DNA from: Dictyostelium discoideum
Lineage: Eukaryota
DNA length: 64,000 bases
Assembly: GCA_000004695.1 (NCBI GenBank)
Contig: CM000153.2
Span: 352,001 to 416,000 of the forward strand
Direction of reading: 5' to 3'
Position 1 is the first letter of the stretch; the number at the start of each line of letters is the position of its first letter. The position numbers and the translations under genes were made by a program. This document shows, piece by piece, positions 63,279 through 64,000 of the stretch. The notes beneath the pieces are model-generated. The model was not told the DNA's origin. It saw nothing but the letters and a program-made list of their open reading frames with translations, and did not search any database.

Positions 63279-64000
63279 ATGAGAAGAGGTATTGGAATTC
63301 AAGCTGCACAAAAACAAACTCAAACACAAAAACAATTACAAAATGTTAGTGAACAATTAAATACAGAGAATATTAATAAAATTAAAGAACAACTATTAGT
63401 GTTTAAAGAGAATTTAGAGATATTTGCAACTAAACATAAAAAAGATATAATTAAAAATCCAGAATTTAGAAAATACTTTCAAGATATGTGTAATATGATT
63501 GGTGTTGATCCATTAGCGTGTATGATATAATTTTATTATTTTAATTACTCTCTCTCTCTCCCTCAATTAGTATATACCAATACCAATACTAATAATAATA
63601 ATAAATTTAGCAAATAAAGGATTTTGGTGTCAAGTTTTAGGAGTTGGTGATTTTTATTATACATTAGGTGTTCAAATTATTGAAATTTGTTTAAAATATA
63701 GAAGTAGTAATGGTGGATTAATGGAGATGGATACATTAGCAGAACATTTAAGAAAACTTAGAGGAAAGAATTCACAAGAAATTAGTTGTGATGATATAGA
63801 ATGTTCAATTTCAAAATTAAAAGTATTGGGTAATGGTTTCAATATTATTAAAGTTAGTGGTGGTAAAAAATTGGTACAATCCGTACCTTGTGAATTAAAT
63901 AAAGATCATACCGATATAATCATTTTAGCACAAGATAATAATGCTTCAATAACTCAATCTTTAGTAATATCAAAATTAAAATGGAGTGAAGAAAGAATAA
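63279..64000 (+). CDS. vps22: ESCRT-II subunit VPS22/SNF8 (EAP30), 5' part. Exon 1 is 63279..63519 and exon 2 runs from 63611 past the window end.
   Basis: MRRGIGIQAAQKQ...FKENLEIFATKHKKDIIKNPEFRKYFQDMCNMIGVDPLA has donor T|GTATGA, and acceptor ATTTAG|CA gives S-NKGFWCQVLGVGDFYYTLGVQIIEICLKYRSSNGGLMEMDTLAEHLRKL...LVQSVPCELNKDHTDII. The whole is colinear with metazoan SNF8. Confidence 0.85.

Overview
The window reads as nuclear DNA from Dictyostelium discoideum or a close dictyostelid. The basis is about 75-80% AT overall, long poly-A/T tracts, (AAT)n/(CAA)n microsatellites that encode poly-N/poly-Q inside genes, short AT-rich introns with GTAAGT...AG ends, and A/T-ending codon usage. It is gene-dense, with roughly 27 protein-coding units on both strands. 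In order they are:

- a SAM-domain Ser/Thr kinase (-)
- an ISOC1/2-type isochorismatase-family gene (+)
- a small COX16-like single-TM protein (+)
- kynurenine 3-monooxygenase (-)
- a class-I peptide chain release factor with a GGQ motif, probably mitochondrial (+)
- an N/S-rich hypothetical (+)
- a small duplicated ORF family carrying an 'NPLGNQGG' motif (-)
- an MDR-family quinone oxidoreductase cut by an in-frame TAG (-)
- a signal-peptide/IPT-TIG-repeat/C-terminal-TM glycoprotein (-), head-to-head with a frameshifted, truncated paralog (+)
- an N/K-rich hypothetical (+)
- a three-exon DUF1446 (AtuA-like) gene (-)
- a four-exon PPP-family (PP2A-like) phosphatase catalytic subunit (+)
- a small two-exon hypothetical (-)
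- DNA polymerase epsilon catalytic subunit, about 2350 aa in two exons (-)
- an MFS transporter (+)
- a U-box protein with a GNAT-like C-terminal domain (-)
- a tandem family of three B-box zinc-finger genes (+), the middle one apparently spliced to a 17-unit FNIP-repeat array
- a second isochorismatase paralog (-)
- a secreted Cys-rich protein with a spore-coat-like S/A/T-rich tail (+)
- a C2H2 zinc-finger protein (+)
- the 5' part of ESCRT-II VPS22/SNF8 (+)

Between the B-box genes lies a block of decayed fragments of the kinase, isochorismatase, FNIP and B-box genes. The intact copies sit at the two ends of the window, which marks a segmental duplication followed by decay.

No rRNA, tRNA, CRISPR array or obvious transposon ORF was recognised. 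All calls rest on reading the supplied ORF translations and the sequence by eye; no database search was possible.
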